A stretch of 64,000 bases of DNA from Hyaloraphidium curvatum SAG 235-1 (lineage: Eukaryota; Fungi; Monoblepharomycota), in the NCBI GenBank assembly GCA_025558095.1, contig JAIVFI010000006.1, forward strand, positions 434,001 through 498,000. Direction: 5' to 3'. The notes beneath the pieces are model-generated. The model saw only the letters and a list, made by a program, of their open reading frames with translations. It searched no databases and had not been told where the DNA came from. The stretch's first letter is position 1. Every line of letters starts with the position of its first letter. Positions 45,500 to 57,685 of the stretch are shown here, in pieces. The position numbers and the translations under genes are program-made.

Positions 45500-45582
45500 G
45501 CACCCGGCAAGAGAGACGTTCTCCGAAAGTCGCCCAGCGATCCCATTCGAGCCGTGCACAAGCCACACTCCCCGGCACCCCC

Positions 45583-46366
45583 TCATTTGCCGGCCTTGCC
45601 CTTTCCTTTCGCGTCCTTGGATGCCCCTTTTGCCTTTGCGTCCTCCAGCTTTGCGCCGCGCTTGTCCACCATGGTCTGTGCCTTCTTCACTGCGTCGCTC
45701 GGCTGGTACAGCCCCGCGCCCGACGAGATCATTGCCGGCAGGCTCATCTGCCCGCCCTGCGCCTGGGCCTTGAGCTGCTGCGCGGTCTGGCGCTTCTGCA
45801 CCTCGAACTGCATGCGCATGACCTCCTCGTTCTGCCTGCGGATCGCGGCGGCGGGCTCCTTCGCGGCCTCCAGCTTGCCGCCCACGGCGCGCAGCAGCGC
45901 CTCCTTGCCTGGCAGCCTCGCGTTTGCGGGGCCGCCGTCGACGCGCAGCTGCACGCGCACGCGGCCTGCGCGCAGCGGGTCCTTCGGGTGGCGCTTGCGC
46001 GGCTCGACGGCGACGAGCAGCGGCGCGGCGGTCTCCTGCACGGCCAGCTGGGTCGCCTGCACGAGCAGCACGAGGTCGCAGGCCGGCGCGGCGAGCCTGC
46101 GCGGCACGCGGCGGCCGGCGGCGCGCGACGCGTCCCGGTCGAAGTAGACCGGGTACAGCGCCACCCACGGCCGCAGCTGCTCGGCGGAGAACCCGAGCGG
46201 CGGCGGCGGCGCGGGCCGCGGCGCCGCAGCCGGCTCCGCCTGCGAGGACGACGCCAGCGCGGGCAGGTCGTAGTCCGCGTTGTCCGCGTCAAAGTCCTAA
46301 GCCACGGCTCGCATTGGCGCTCATCGCTATCGGCAAACAAAGCCCCACCTCGATGGTCGCCGACAT
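45583..46366 (-). CDS. SEC65: Signal recognition particle subunit SRP19/Sec65
   Basis: Exon 1 MSATIE, intron ~46348-46297, then DFDADNADYDLP...WVALYPVYFD...GRRVP...KRHPKD...GRVRVQL. Confidence 0.9.
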
Positions 46367-46460
46367 CGCGGGGAGAGGGGCGCGGAGGGCGGGAAACGAA
46401 TGACCGCGGTCGTCCTCCGCCCGATCAGCGTCGGTCTGTTGACGCCCACGCGTCTTAGCA

Positions 46461-47627
46461 ATGGCCGACTCGGGAGGGGACGAAAATGCCAGGAAGACTC
46501 TGCAAGTCCTGAAACGCTTCAAGTTCGAGCGCGTCCTCGGCGAAGGTGGCCGGGCCGGCTCGTCGTAGCGGGCATGCCGAGGTTGACGCCCCAGACCACC
46601 CCGCCCAGACCCGCGGACCAAGTCAGTCAACATTCTGGGCACCGTATCCCCCGCAGATGACTCGGATCCCGGCGCGGAGGGGTCCCAGGCGGTGCTGTGC
46701 GTCGAGAAGCTCCACTTTACCGAGTCGGAGATCCCCGTCCTCGCAACCGAGCGACTGGACTCGGTGACGGTCCGCGACTCGAACGATATCTACACCTGGA
46801 TCAACGCGAGCCTGACTCGGGGCGAGCGGACGGGTAAACGGCGCAGGACAGAGGCGGAACCGGACGGCGGACCGCCCCCGGACGCGGAACCGGACGTCAA
46901 GGTCTACCTGATCCACCCCGCCACCGAGCTCCACGTCAAAAAGTACACCGCGCAGCCGCGCGTCCTCGTGCGCGAGACCCCGGAGCTCCACCGCGCCGTC
47001 ACCCTGCCCTACATCCGCTCGATCCCCGCCAAGCGCACGGCTTGGGTGCAGAACATCCTGGACGGGACCAAGGAGCAGGAATCCGTCGTGCTCAGCGACC
47101 CCGACCCGGCGACGGGGTTCGTCGTGGTGCCGGACTCCAAGTGGGACCGCAGGAGGGCGGACGAGCTGTACCTGCAGGTGCTCTGCAGGGACCCTGCGCT
47201 GGGCTCGCTGCGGGACCTGAGGGCGGCGCACCTGCCGCTGCTGCGGAACATCAGGAGGGCCGTCGGCAGGCGCGCGGGGGAGCTGTACGAGGGGGTGAGG
47301 CCGGAGCACCTGAGGATGTTCATCCACTACCAGCCGAGCTACTGTGGGTCCCTCGCCGCGCCCGATCGCCGTTCCGTCGCCTGCTCACCCCCTTCCCCCG
47401 CATCAGACCGCTTCCACGTGCACGTGACCCACATCCGCGTCTCCGAAGGCGCCGGCGCGGCCGTCGGCCAGGCGCACCTGCTCGAGGACGTGGTGGCCAA
47501 CCTAGAGGCGGACGGGGAGCACTACGCCAAGAGGACGATGCTGTTTGCCCTGGGGGTAGATACGGACCTGTACGCGCGGTTCGCCGGGTGCGGATCGACC
47601 TTTCTGAATGGAGCGGACGCCGAGTGA
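46461..47627 (+). CDS. DCS1: Scavenger mRNA decapping enzyme (m7GpppX diphosphatase)
   Basis: FKFERVLGEDP, NDIYTW, LIHPATELHVKKY, VRETPE, WVQNILDG, PDSKWD, SLRDL, HYQPSY|YRFHVH, GQAHLL. Confidence 0.95.
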
Positions 47628-47757
47628 ATGCCGAGGCGTTCCGCACAGCCTCCTCGCCCCCCGGAGAAATCTTCAACCGCCGAAGCGCCGTGTTGGGCGA
47701 CAACACGTACCTCCCACGGCCCGACGAGCGGCACCTCGCCTCGCCATCTTTGCCGCC

Positions 47758-49480
47758 ATGGCCGCCGTGCAGACCTCGCTCTTCACGCCCAACCCCGTCG
47801 CGCTCAGCGACCCCGTCCTCCTCGACCTGAGGAAGCGGATGAGGGGGCGAATCGTCACGCCGCAGGGTGCGTACCCGATGGGCATCGTGGAGGGGTGGCT
47901 TTGGATGTTCCTGGCGTCAAAGAGGCGGTCGGACGGGGCTCGGACGGGCGAACGGGCCTTCGGGTTGCCGGAGACGAGCTTCTGCCGTCCTGGATCACGT
48001 CTAACCCACTTTCCGCGCCGCAGACACGGACTTTGACTTCCTCATCTCCGATGGCGTCTTCAACAAGCTCCAGACGAACCGCCCGCGGGCCCTCCTCCAG
48101 CCCGTCGGCACCGCGGACGTCTCGGCGATCCTCAAGTACCTCACCTCCAAGAAGATCGAGTTCACCGTCTCGGGCGGGCGCCACACGATGCGGTGCTTCA
48201 AGACCAACGTGGTGACCATCGACCTGCGCCTCATGCGCGGCGTCATCGTCGACCGCGAGCGCAAGGTGGCCCACGTCCAGGGAGGCGCCAAGCTCGCCGA
48301 CTTCGACGGCGAGTGCCACGCGCAGGGGCTCTGCACCGTCACCGGCTCCGACCCCCGCACGGGCGTCGGCGGTTACCTCCTCGGCGGCGGCTGGGGCTGG
48401 CTCTCGCGCAAGTGGGGCATGGCGTGCGACAACATCCTCGAGGTCGAGTGCGTGCTCGCGGACGGGAGCGTCGTGATCGCCAGCGAGAAGGAGCACCCGG
48501 ACCTGTTCTGGGCGCTGCGCGGCGCCGGTGCCTCGTTCGCGGTTTGCACACGCTTCACCCTGAAGCTGTACGACCTGCCCAAGACAACCATCGCGGGGTT
48601 CCAGCTCTACCCCGAGGGGCAGGGCAAGGAGTGCCTGCGGGCCGTGAGGGATCACATCAAGACGGCGCCGCGCGAGGTGGCGACGATGTGGGAGCTCAAC
48701 TGGTCGGTCATTTCCGCCGAAATCTGGCTGCAGCCGTTGCTTATTCGTGTTCCAGGGGCCCTCCGAACCCGCAGACGGGCGTGCGCCGTCCTTTCGCGCA
48801 GATCCTGCCCATCTACCTCGGCGACTCGGAGCAGGAAGGCTGGAAGCTGCTCAAACCCGTCATGGAGCGCGTCCCGAACCCCTTCGTCAAGAACGTCGGC
48901 GTGATCAAGTACTCGACCCTGCAGAGCATGCTCGTGACGCACATCCACCCGAGCTTCCGCACCGAGACTGCGCTCTTCGTGCCCGAGATCCCGGACGAGC
49001 TCGTGGACATCCTGTTCGAGCAGTTCGAGAAGTCGCCCCTCCCGGGAACGTTCCTGGCCTGCTTCGCGATCGGCGGGGCCATCGGCGACAAGGAGCCCGG
49101 CGAAACCGCCTTCCCGTGGCGCCTCAAGAGCGGGCACTGGATCACGTGCCTCGCGTCCGCCACCAATGAGAAGGACCACAAGACCATGGAGGGCTGGGTC
49201 GCCGAGACCGCGGGCAAGATCATGAAGTTCTCGACCGGTCAGTTCGCCAACCGTATCGGCAACGCTAGCACGGCCGACAGCGGGTACGACGCCGCGATGG
49301 ACTTCTTTGGGAAAAACACCGAGCGGGTGCGTACTCCGCGGGGAATTGCTCGCGTGCATTTTCTGACACCGTTCCGCCTCGCAGTTGAGGGCCCTGAAGG
49401 CGAAATACGACCCCGGCAACGCCTTCCACAACTCGGACTCTGGGGCGCTCGTTGTCGCGGAGGAGAAGGCGAGCCTGTAA
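47758..49480 (+). CDS. FAD-linked oxidase (berberine bridge enzyme / 6-HDNO-like)
   Basis: FTVSGGRH, IDLRLMR, TGVGGYLLGGGWG, GMACDNI, PDLFWALRGAG, LRALKAKYDPGNAF; 3 introns. Confidence 0.9.
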
Positions 49481-49650
49481 ATTGCTAATGAGATGTAGAA
49501 AAGCGCCGTTAGAAATTGTCAATGTTGTGACTGCTTCGGTGTTTGGGGGTGGCTAAAGCCCGACGCGCACCGTCACCGGTGGTCGTAACAGGGTTTTGGG
49601 ACCCTACCGGACCGCTGAACCGTGCCCCGAGCTCCTGTCGAACCATCGCC

Positions 49651-52294
49651 ATGAGCACGCGTCGGGGCCAGCGGGGGGTTGCCGCACAGGCGCCCCCGGA
49701 GCCGATGCCGAGCGGCACGCGTGCCCCCGTTCGCCGCAGCGAAAGGAGACGCTCGAGCCAGGCGGAGAGCCAAGGGGACATTGCTGGAGAGAAGCCGGAA
49801 GGCCTGCCGGCCCCTGCGCCCGCAAGTTCTGCGGTCGTGAAACCCGCGACGCCCCCCGGCAGGCCTCCCAGCGTTTCCGGGCCCGAATCCGACGCAACCG
49901 TTGCGGGGCCGGACTTGCGAGGCCCCGATGTCGCGACGGACCTGGAGACGGATCATGGGCATGACGACGGAGTGGCCGCAGAGAGGGAAGCCGCATCGGA
50001 CGGGGCCCAGCGCGACGATCTGCTCGCGGACGGAGCAGGGCAGCTGGCGCCGAGGACGGCCTCCAGCCCCACAATCCATTCGCCAAGACCGGTGCAGGCC
50101 ACCTCTCCGGGCGGTGTTGCGAACCACCGATCGCTTTTGGCGGGAGTTCAGCGACAGGAGCCGTTGCACCTTTCGACAATCCGACTCCACCAAACGGCAT
50201 CCGGAACCGCGGCCCCGAATCCGTCTGGCAGCGGGCTCATGCTATTGAGCGAGGCAGTCTTGACTGCTACGGGCAACACGCCGGCCCACGGGCTCCTTCA
50301 CTCGGCCACGTCGCGAGAACGGCGCGAACGCATGCCGATCGCGCAGAACCCTTTCGAGCGCAGCTTCGGACGGGTGGTTAACACGTCTGCTGCTGAACCC
50401 GAGCGATCGGCGTCGAATGCCGCATCCAACGGTGCCGCGAATGCCGGACAATTCGCCAACCGGGTTGCGCCTCAACAGGCGTCCGCGCCGGAGCGCGGCA
50501 ATGGCTCTCCCGCGGGCCTGGCTCCCGCACCAACGGCGTCTCACCTCCGCAACACGCCTTTCCGCGACCTTATCGGATCGTACTTTGATTTGCCGCTGGC
50601 ATCGATGGGTTCGGGGGGGCCGCCTCAGTCCGCGAATCAGCAGCAGACCGGCAGATTCCAAGTCAGCACCGGATGGACCCCGTTCCTGTTCCCCGGCAAC
50701 GGCGCATCGATGCCTGCGCTTCCGTCTGCCGGTGGCATGGCTGGCTTTGGTGGGATCGGCCAGGGATCAGGCTTGACCCCGCTGTTCTTCCCGAACCAGT
50801 CCGACCCCCTGGCCGCGGCGCTCGCAATGACGACGGCGGATTCGGCACTCCGTCTTCAGGAGAGCGAAGCTTTCGAAGCTCCCGATGACGATGATGGCGC
50901 AATGGGCGCGAGAATGTCGGCCTTCACGGTATCGGATGCCACGAAGATGCTGCAGGATAAGCAGGCGATCTGTAAGGGGCCGCTTGCTTGTCCTAGTGAC
51001 ACTTGCTGACCAAACTCGGCACTCCAGCTGATGCAGCGGGCGCCTCGCTTGCCCAGCTCCTCGGGACGCAATCCAGACAAGGGCTCGAGCAACCGTGGGG
51101 CGCCACGCCGTCGCCGAAGCTCTACGCCTTCGCGATCCCGTCTTCCCCTTCCATGTCCCAAAGCTCGCCGTTCATGTCGACCAGCGTCAACGCCGTGCGC
51201 CCGGTGCAGCCGAACCAGGTGGAAATGAGGCCCGCAAGCGGGCAAGCCGGACCCGGGCGCCCCAGTCGAGCCGCATCTGGAGCGCTCCACTCGCCGCTGC
51301 GATCGCAGCCCGTGTCGGGGCTCACGCTGATGGGATCCCCTGTACCCCTTCGCCGGGCCTCGGAGCCCGACGTCGGTCTGGGCGGGCCGTCTTTCCCGAC
51401 GATCGGTGCCGAAGTCGCTTCGGAGCGTGCAGGAGCGCAGGGCGAGGCTGTTCAGCAGGCGATATCCTTTCCGGCCGGTTACCAGTTCGTTCCAGCTGGA
51501 TCGCTCTCCGGAATGCATCCCGTGGAGAACCGACAAGGCCTCGAGGGACAATCAGCTGTTCGTCCGGTTCCGTCGTTCGCAGCGCTCATGGGTCTGCCGG
51601 AAGAGACCGCCGACAGGGGCGGCGAGACGGGGAAGCGCAAGTACTCCCTCCGCGCGCATGCCGAGCACGCAGCACCGGGAACTTCCGGCCATGCTGCCGC
51701 TGAACGAGTGCAGCACGCGCCGAAGAAGGTCAAGATCGCAGCCAAAGCTGCGGAGGATGCCTCGGCCCAGCGCCGATCCGTCAGGCCTCGCAAATCCCTC
51801 GTGCCTCAACTGAGCGATCTGCTGGAACACCCCGACTTCGCGGCGCTTTCTGATAGCTCGGCCGCTGTCGGCAAGCCGGGAGGGAAGAAGAAGAAGGATT
51901 CCGGGGCATCCGGCGACATCACGGTCCGGCGCTTGGAACGGAGGCGGGAGCGAAACCGATCGGCGGCTCGACGATCTCGTGAACGACGGGTCAAGTTCAT
52001 GGAGGATCTCCAGGAGGAGTTGGTTTGCGTTCTTGGCGTCGTTTGGGAGACGCTGACTCTGGTGCCTCCAGGATCAAGGGCCTCCGCGAGGTGAACAGCA
52101 GGATGCGGGAGCGGTTGAGGGAGCTTGGTGAGAACGTTGATGAAACTTTCCCCGAGGACGCTGTGTCTTCCGCGAACCCGCCGGACGCCGATGACGAGGT
52201 AGACGCCGACGGGAAGGAGGACGGAGGCAAGGAGGACGGAGGGGAGGAGGGGGGCGGCAAGGGCGAACTGCGGTCCCTTGGTTTCGATGTTTGA
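49651..52294 (+). CDS. bZIP transcription factor (Atf1/Sko1-like)
   Basis: NPFERSF motif, TGWTP and SGLTP segments, basic region RRERNRSAARRSRERR plus zipper (LQEE|IKGLREVNSRMRERL); 2 introns. Confidence 0.8.
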
Positions 52295-52482
52295 ATGAAA
52301 AAGGCACTTGTTTCTGCCATGAGCCAATGAGTTCGTTTGCCGTCGCTCAGCATCTCCAGCGGGCCGGGGTGCACCCAGTCACGCGTCGACTCCGCGCACA
52401 GCCGCCACACTCAACTCAGAGTCGGGCCACGGCGAGGCCGTTCCCGAAGTGGAAAGACGTACCTTGAGCGCCGCGCATCGAG

Positions 52483-53725
52483 ATGGACAGTCCGAGGAAG
52501 CGCGCGGCGGCCCGGAACGGGACTCCCAACGGCAAGGCGAATGGCGCGAATGGCGCCGCCCCGAACCCCAAAGCGGTGCTGGCAGCGAAGGCACGCCGCA
52601 AGAAGGACGAGGAGGCCATTTCGAACTACGCCCTGGCTGTCATGGCACTGGGCGTGGTCGCCACGGGGATTCTCATCGGAGTCTTCCTCAAACGAGACGA
52701 ACTGGGGTTGACCCCTCTCCTGGACGAACTTTTCTCCCGGCGCTCGGACATTCCCACTCCTCCGCCTTCGAATGAGACGTGCATCTTTCCCGTGCCGCAC
52801 GATTTCGCCTGCGAGGGCTCGTGCCCGTTCCCCGCCCCCCAGTCGTCGTGCGCCGAGCGGTACGAACGCTTCGACACTGTCGCCGAGATGAGGATGGTGG
52901 ACCGCAAACCGGCCCTCAGCATCGTATCGGCGGCTCCGGCGGCTGGCAGTGTTGCCAAGCACGAAATCGTCGTCGGGCCCGTCACGCCCCACGACGGCGG
53001 CAAGCTCGGTCACTGGATCCAGCAGCCGCCCACCGGGAGCTGCGCAAACGTGGTTCACAACGTGACCATTGCCAGCACGGAGCCCTACGTCATCGTCATC
53101 GACGGGTTCCTCACGGACTCCGAGATCGAGCACGCGATGAAGCTTGGGATGCCGGGGCTGCAGCAGTCGGGCCAGTTCCATGGCGACGAGGAAACCAAGA
53201 AGGCCTTCGACGCAAGCTATCGGACGTCTTCGACGAGCTACCTCAGCAAGTCGGCCGACCCGATCGTCACCTGCATCGAACGCCGGGTCGCCTCGTTCTC
53301 GGGCTACGACGTCCGCAACTTTGAATCTCTCCAGTTCCTGCGCTACGAGATCGCCCAGGAATACAAGTGGCACTGGGATTACTTCCCGAAAGGCTACGCG
53401 GCTTGGGACGCGGAGATCGCCAAGAACGGGCAGCGGACCGTCACCTTCTTCCTCTACTTGAACGATCTCCCCGGGCCGGACGCCGGCGGGGAGACTGCTT
53501 TCCAGACGCTCAACATCAAGGTCCAACCGAAGAGAGGGCGCGCCGTGTTTTGGTACGACACGTTGCCGGATGGGGAGGGCGATGCCCGCACGTATCACGC
53601 TGGCCTGCCCGTCAAGGAGGGGACAAAGGTGGGGCTGCCGTGCTTGTGGCGAAGTTTCGCCAACGCTGACACACTCTTCGCAGTACGCAATCAACGCGTG
53701 GGGTCGCGATCGTCCGCAATTCTAG
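52483..53725 (+). CDS. Type II membrane prolyl 4-hydroxylase (2OG-Fe(II) dioxygenase)
   Basis: N-terminal TM; EPYVIVIDGFLT; RTSS; LQFLRY..QEYKWHWDYF; GQRTVTFFLYLND; GGETAF; HAGLPV..GTK|YAINAW. Confidence 0.92.
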
Positions 53726-54006
53726 GGAGTCATAGTTACGATATGTAGCGTCGTATTGGACGAACCATCGGCTTTGCCAAAAGTCCGCGACCGGGTTTCG
53801 GGTCGATGCTTCTTTTGGACGGTCCGCTCTTCGATATCAGGTGGGCTAGTACGGGGAGGGGTGTGATGTGCAGCCGGATGCGATCGGGCCGGAGGCAACG
53901 GAATAGCTGTCCCCCATTCCCTCGAACGCGCAGCTCGCGGCTGTCGGTCCGCTAGTGGCTTGCTCCTCTACATTTGCACGTGCTAGTTGGCCATCTGGAG
54001 ACCAGA

Positions 54007-55209
54007 ATGAAGGGAATCGTCCTCCAAGGACCGCACAAGGTCGCGTACCTCCAGGACCTCCCATTGCCGAAGCTCGAGAAGCCGACGGACGCCATCTGCA
54101 AAGTGCAAAAATCGGCCTTGTGCGGATCAGACCTGCACTTTTACCACGGACGGTTCTCTGTTGAACCGGGAACGATCTGCGGGCACGAGTTCGTTGGGGA
54201 AATCACGGAGCTCGGCCCGGAAGCTGCCGCAAAATCTGGACTGAAGGTCGGCGACCGCGTCGGCTGCTCCTTTGCGACGTGCTGCGGGACCTGCTTCAAC
54301 TGCAAGAAGGGCCTGACCAGCCGGTGCTCGTCGGAGGAGGGCGCCTTGACGTTCGGGATGGTGCCGGTGGGCGGCAAGGGTCTCCAAGGGACACAGACTG
54401 AGGTGTGTGCCGGATTCCTGTCCTCCGCGGATCGCTGGTTGAGTTCGTGGCCTCCGTTTAGTACGTCCGGGTTCCCGTGGCCCACGGATCGCTCGTAAAG
54501 GTCCCTGATTCCGTGTCGGACGAGCTGGCACTGCTCTTGGGCGACATATTGAGCACCGGATGGTACTGCGCCGAGATGGGAGGGCTTGGCAGCCAGGCGG
54601 CGGACGAAAAGCTCGTTGTCGCAGTCGTGGGGTGCGGACCCGTGGCAATGATGGCGATCACGGCGTCACGGCTACTTTCGAAGAACCTCCAAATCATCGC
54701 CGTCGACTCTGTGCCTGATCGTCTCAAGATGGCGCTGGATTTCGGGGCCGACCAGGCGGTCAACTTCGAGACGGAGGACCCCGTCGCGATCGTGAAAGCG
54801 GCGACCGAGGGCCGCGGGGCGGACGTCGTGCTGGAGGTTGTGGGCGTGGATGCGGCGCTCACCCTCTCGTACAACCTGGTCCGCGCTGGAGGTGAGGATT
54901 TTTTGGTGGCGCTTGTTAGCATCTGCTCACGAGGACGCAGGCGTCATCTCCTCTGTCGGAGCACACACGTCGTCCACGGGCCCGATCACACCCGGGATGA
55001 TGTACGGCAAGAACCTGACGTGGAAAATGGGCCGGTGCCCTTCGCGGGCCTACTTCGAGAAGCTCCTCCCCCTGGCCGCGGCCGGCAAGTTTGACGGGAT
55101 CGTGGACAAGCTGGTCTCGCATCGGATGAAGCTCAGCGAGGCGGAGCGCGCGTACGACATCTTCACGCGCAGGGCGGAGGGATGCACAAAAGTCATCTTC
55201 GAGGCCTGA
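54007..55209 (+). CDS. Zn-dependent alcohol/aldehyde dehydrogenase (MDR, FDH-like)
   Basis: LCGSDLH, GHEFVG, CGTCFNCKKG...C, LLLGDILSTG, VVGCGPVA; 2 introns. Confidence 0.93.
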
Positions 55210-55213
55210 ACGT

Positions 55214-57552
55214 TCATTGCAAGGAGCCGCGCTGCACGGTATCTACGATCCTCTGCTCCAGGCACGCCCATTCGTTCTTGGATTCGGCGGCCTTGTCGAC
55301 GCGCAGCCAGGTGCGGCAGCGCACCACGAGTGGCTTCCTTGTTCCCGCGGGCGAAATAGACAGTGTGGTCAGGATCGTGCTGAGCACCCCGCCGAGGTAC
55401 TCAAAGATCTCGACGTCCATCCGCGACGGTTCGGCTTCGTTCGCTTTCCCATCTTTGGCCGCATACTCTTTCACGACGCTGAAGCAGTAGATCTCCGGGT
55501 TCTGCCTGGTGCATGCCCAGTTGCCGCCCCCGACGATGGCGGCGTGGATCAGCTGGAACACATTGGGCGCCGACTCGTGCACGGCCGCCGACATGACCGT
55601 GCGCACCTCGTGCTGCGCGTCCTTGCTCAGCCCGGGCTGGGTGAAGGAGAGCCTGCGGATCCGCAGCGCGGGGCGGTGCAGCGTGTGGAAAAGCGTGATC
55701 GGGTCGGCCTCCTTGGGCGGCTCCTGCGCGGCCTGCGGGGACGGCAGCTCCTCCACCTGGCTCAGCGTCGGTCGCCGTAGGAAGTGCGCATCCGCGGGCC
55801 GCACCGCCGGCGCCGAGCTGCGGCGGGACCCGGCCCCCGACGACGAGGACTCGCCGATCGTCGGCAGCGCGCCCGACCCCTGGGTCCACGACATGCGCCG
55901 CGGCACGGGGCCTCCCTCCCCCGGATCCAGCACCGCGTGCGTTTCGTCGAGCGCCGAGCGGCGGCGGCCGCGTGGCTCCAGGCCGACGACGCCTCCCACG
56001 CCGAGCACGTCGTGCGCGAGCGTGGCGCTGATCTCTGCGGCCGACAACTCGCTCGCGCGGCGCGATATGGGCAGGTGCAGGTTGGACCCCTGCGATCCCG
56101 CGCGGGAGGCGCCGTGCAGGAACCCGCTGTCGCCCTCGGGGCTGCTCTCCCCCTCCGATTCCGATGCCCGGTCCTCCGCGCGGTACCCGATCCTCCCGAC
56201 CGTGCAGACGACAAACTCGCCGTCCCTCCCGCCGTTGTGCACCGACACGAGCTGCTTCGCCGCCGGCCGCTCCGTGGCCTCCCTTGCGTGCAGCAGCGCG
56301 AGCTCTCCGGCCTTCCATCCGCCCTGGTTGACCCACGGGTCTCGCATGATGCACTCGACGTTGAGGCGGCGGTCCGGATCGCGGACAAAGACCGCCCGGA
56401 GGAGGTCCGCGGGCCCGTCGGGGATGGCCGAGTAGTCCGGGCTGCATGCGCGGATGAGGGTGTACAGGTGGGCGAGCGAGTTGGGCGAGGAGAAGGGGAG
56501 GCTGCCCTTGGGGTGCAGGAGGAGGTACAGGAGCACGCCGAGGGCCCAGGCGTCCGAGAGGGTGGCGTCGTAGGGCTGGCCAGAGACAAGCTCGGGGGCT
56601 GCAAAGTTGGGTGTTCCGCAGAAGGTCTGGCGGGGCGGTACGTGGGTAAGAAGGTGCGCTGCGCACCACGAGCAAGCCCGACCTCCATGTCGAGATCCAG
56701 ATGGTCATCATGCACCGCCTCGGCCTCGGTCCTTTCTGGAGATGCGGGGCAGCTTCCCCAGCCCTTCCACCGGCCTCGACCGAGCCCAAAATCGGCGACG
56801 ACGAGGCGGAAGCAGCCCTCGGAGTCCTGACCGGGCTCCCGGGGCGTCCTGGGGGCGACGGGCGGATCCGACACCCCCGTGCCCACCGCCCCCTCCTCCC
56901 AGTCCGACAGCATCACGTTCTCCGGCTTCAGGTCGCGGTGCACAACACCCCGGGCGTGCGCGTGGTGGATGGCGAGCAGCAGCTGGCGGAAGTAGTTGCG
57001 CGCCTTGGCCTCCTCGAGCCACAGACCGCGGGGCGGGACGACGGTCGAGAGGCAGCCGTGCGGCAGGTATTCCATGGCGCAGAGGCACCAGCTGGGCGAT
57101 TCGGCGACTGCGAGCAGGCGCACGATGTTGGGGTGCGACAGGAGAAGGAGGAGCTGCGGCTCCGGCAGCAGCTTGCGCACGAGATCGGGCAGGCACGGCT
57201 GCGGCATCGCCGGCGAGTGCTCGTCAGCAGCAGGGGCCTGCGCCTGCTCGGCGTCCTTGTTGTGCCGCTCGCGGGCCTTCATGCGTGCGCGGTGCTCGCG
57301 GGATTTGGCCGCCTTGGCGGACATCTGCACCTTGTCGATGACCTTGACTGCCACCGGCTCGCCCGTCAGCTTGGAGACGGCCAGCTTGACCTTGGAGAAT
57401 GCGCCCCTGCCCAGCGTGCGCGCGTGCACGCCGCCCTGCGCGGTGAAGCGGAGGTCGCCGAACAGCAGGGCGAGCGGCGGCGGCCCGCCCGAGTGCCTGC
57501 GCGGCGGGCTGCGGGACCGCGCATCGCGCGGCGGCGAGTCTGCCGCCGCCAT
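55214..57552 (-). CDS. CAMK-group Ser/Thr kinase (Kin1/MARK-like)
   Basis: TLGRGAFSKVKLA, VAVKVIDK, HPNIV, HRDLKPEN, DFGLG, ME|TFCGTPNFAAPE, DAWALGVLLY; one intron ~56682-56627. Confidence 0.9.
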
Positions 57553-57685
57553 GCCGCGGGCGGAGGAGCGAGATTCGAGCAGTGTTTGTGCGGTCGGAGT
57601 TTTCTCCTCCCCCTTCCCTTCCTCCCTTCCCTCTCGGACGGCCCCCTCTTCAGCGATGCGCCGGCGGCGGTGACGGTGCTTCTTT

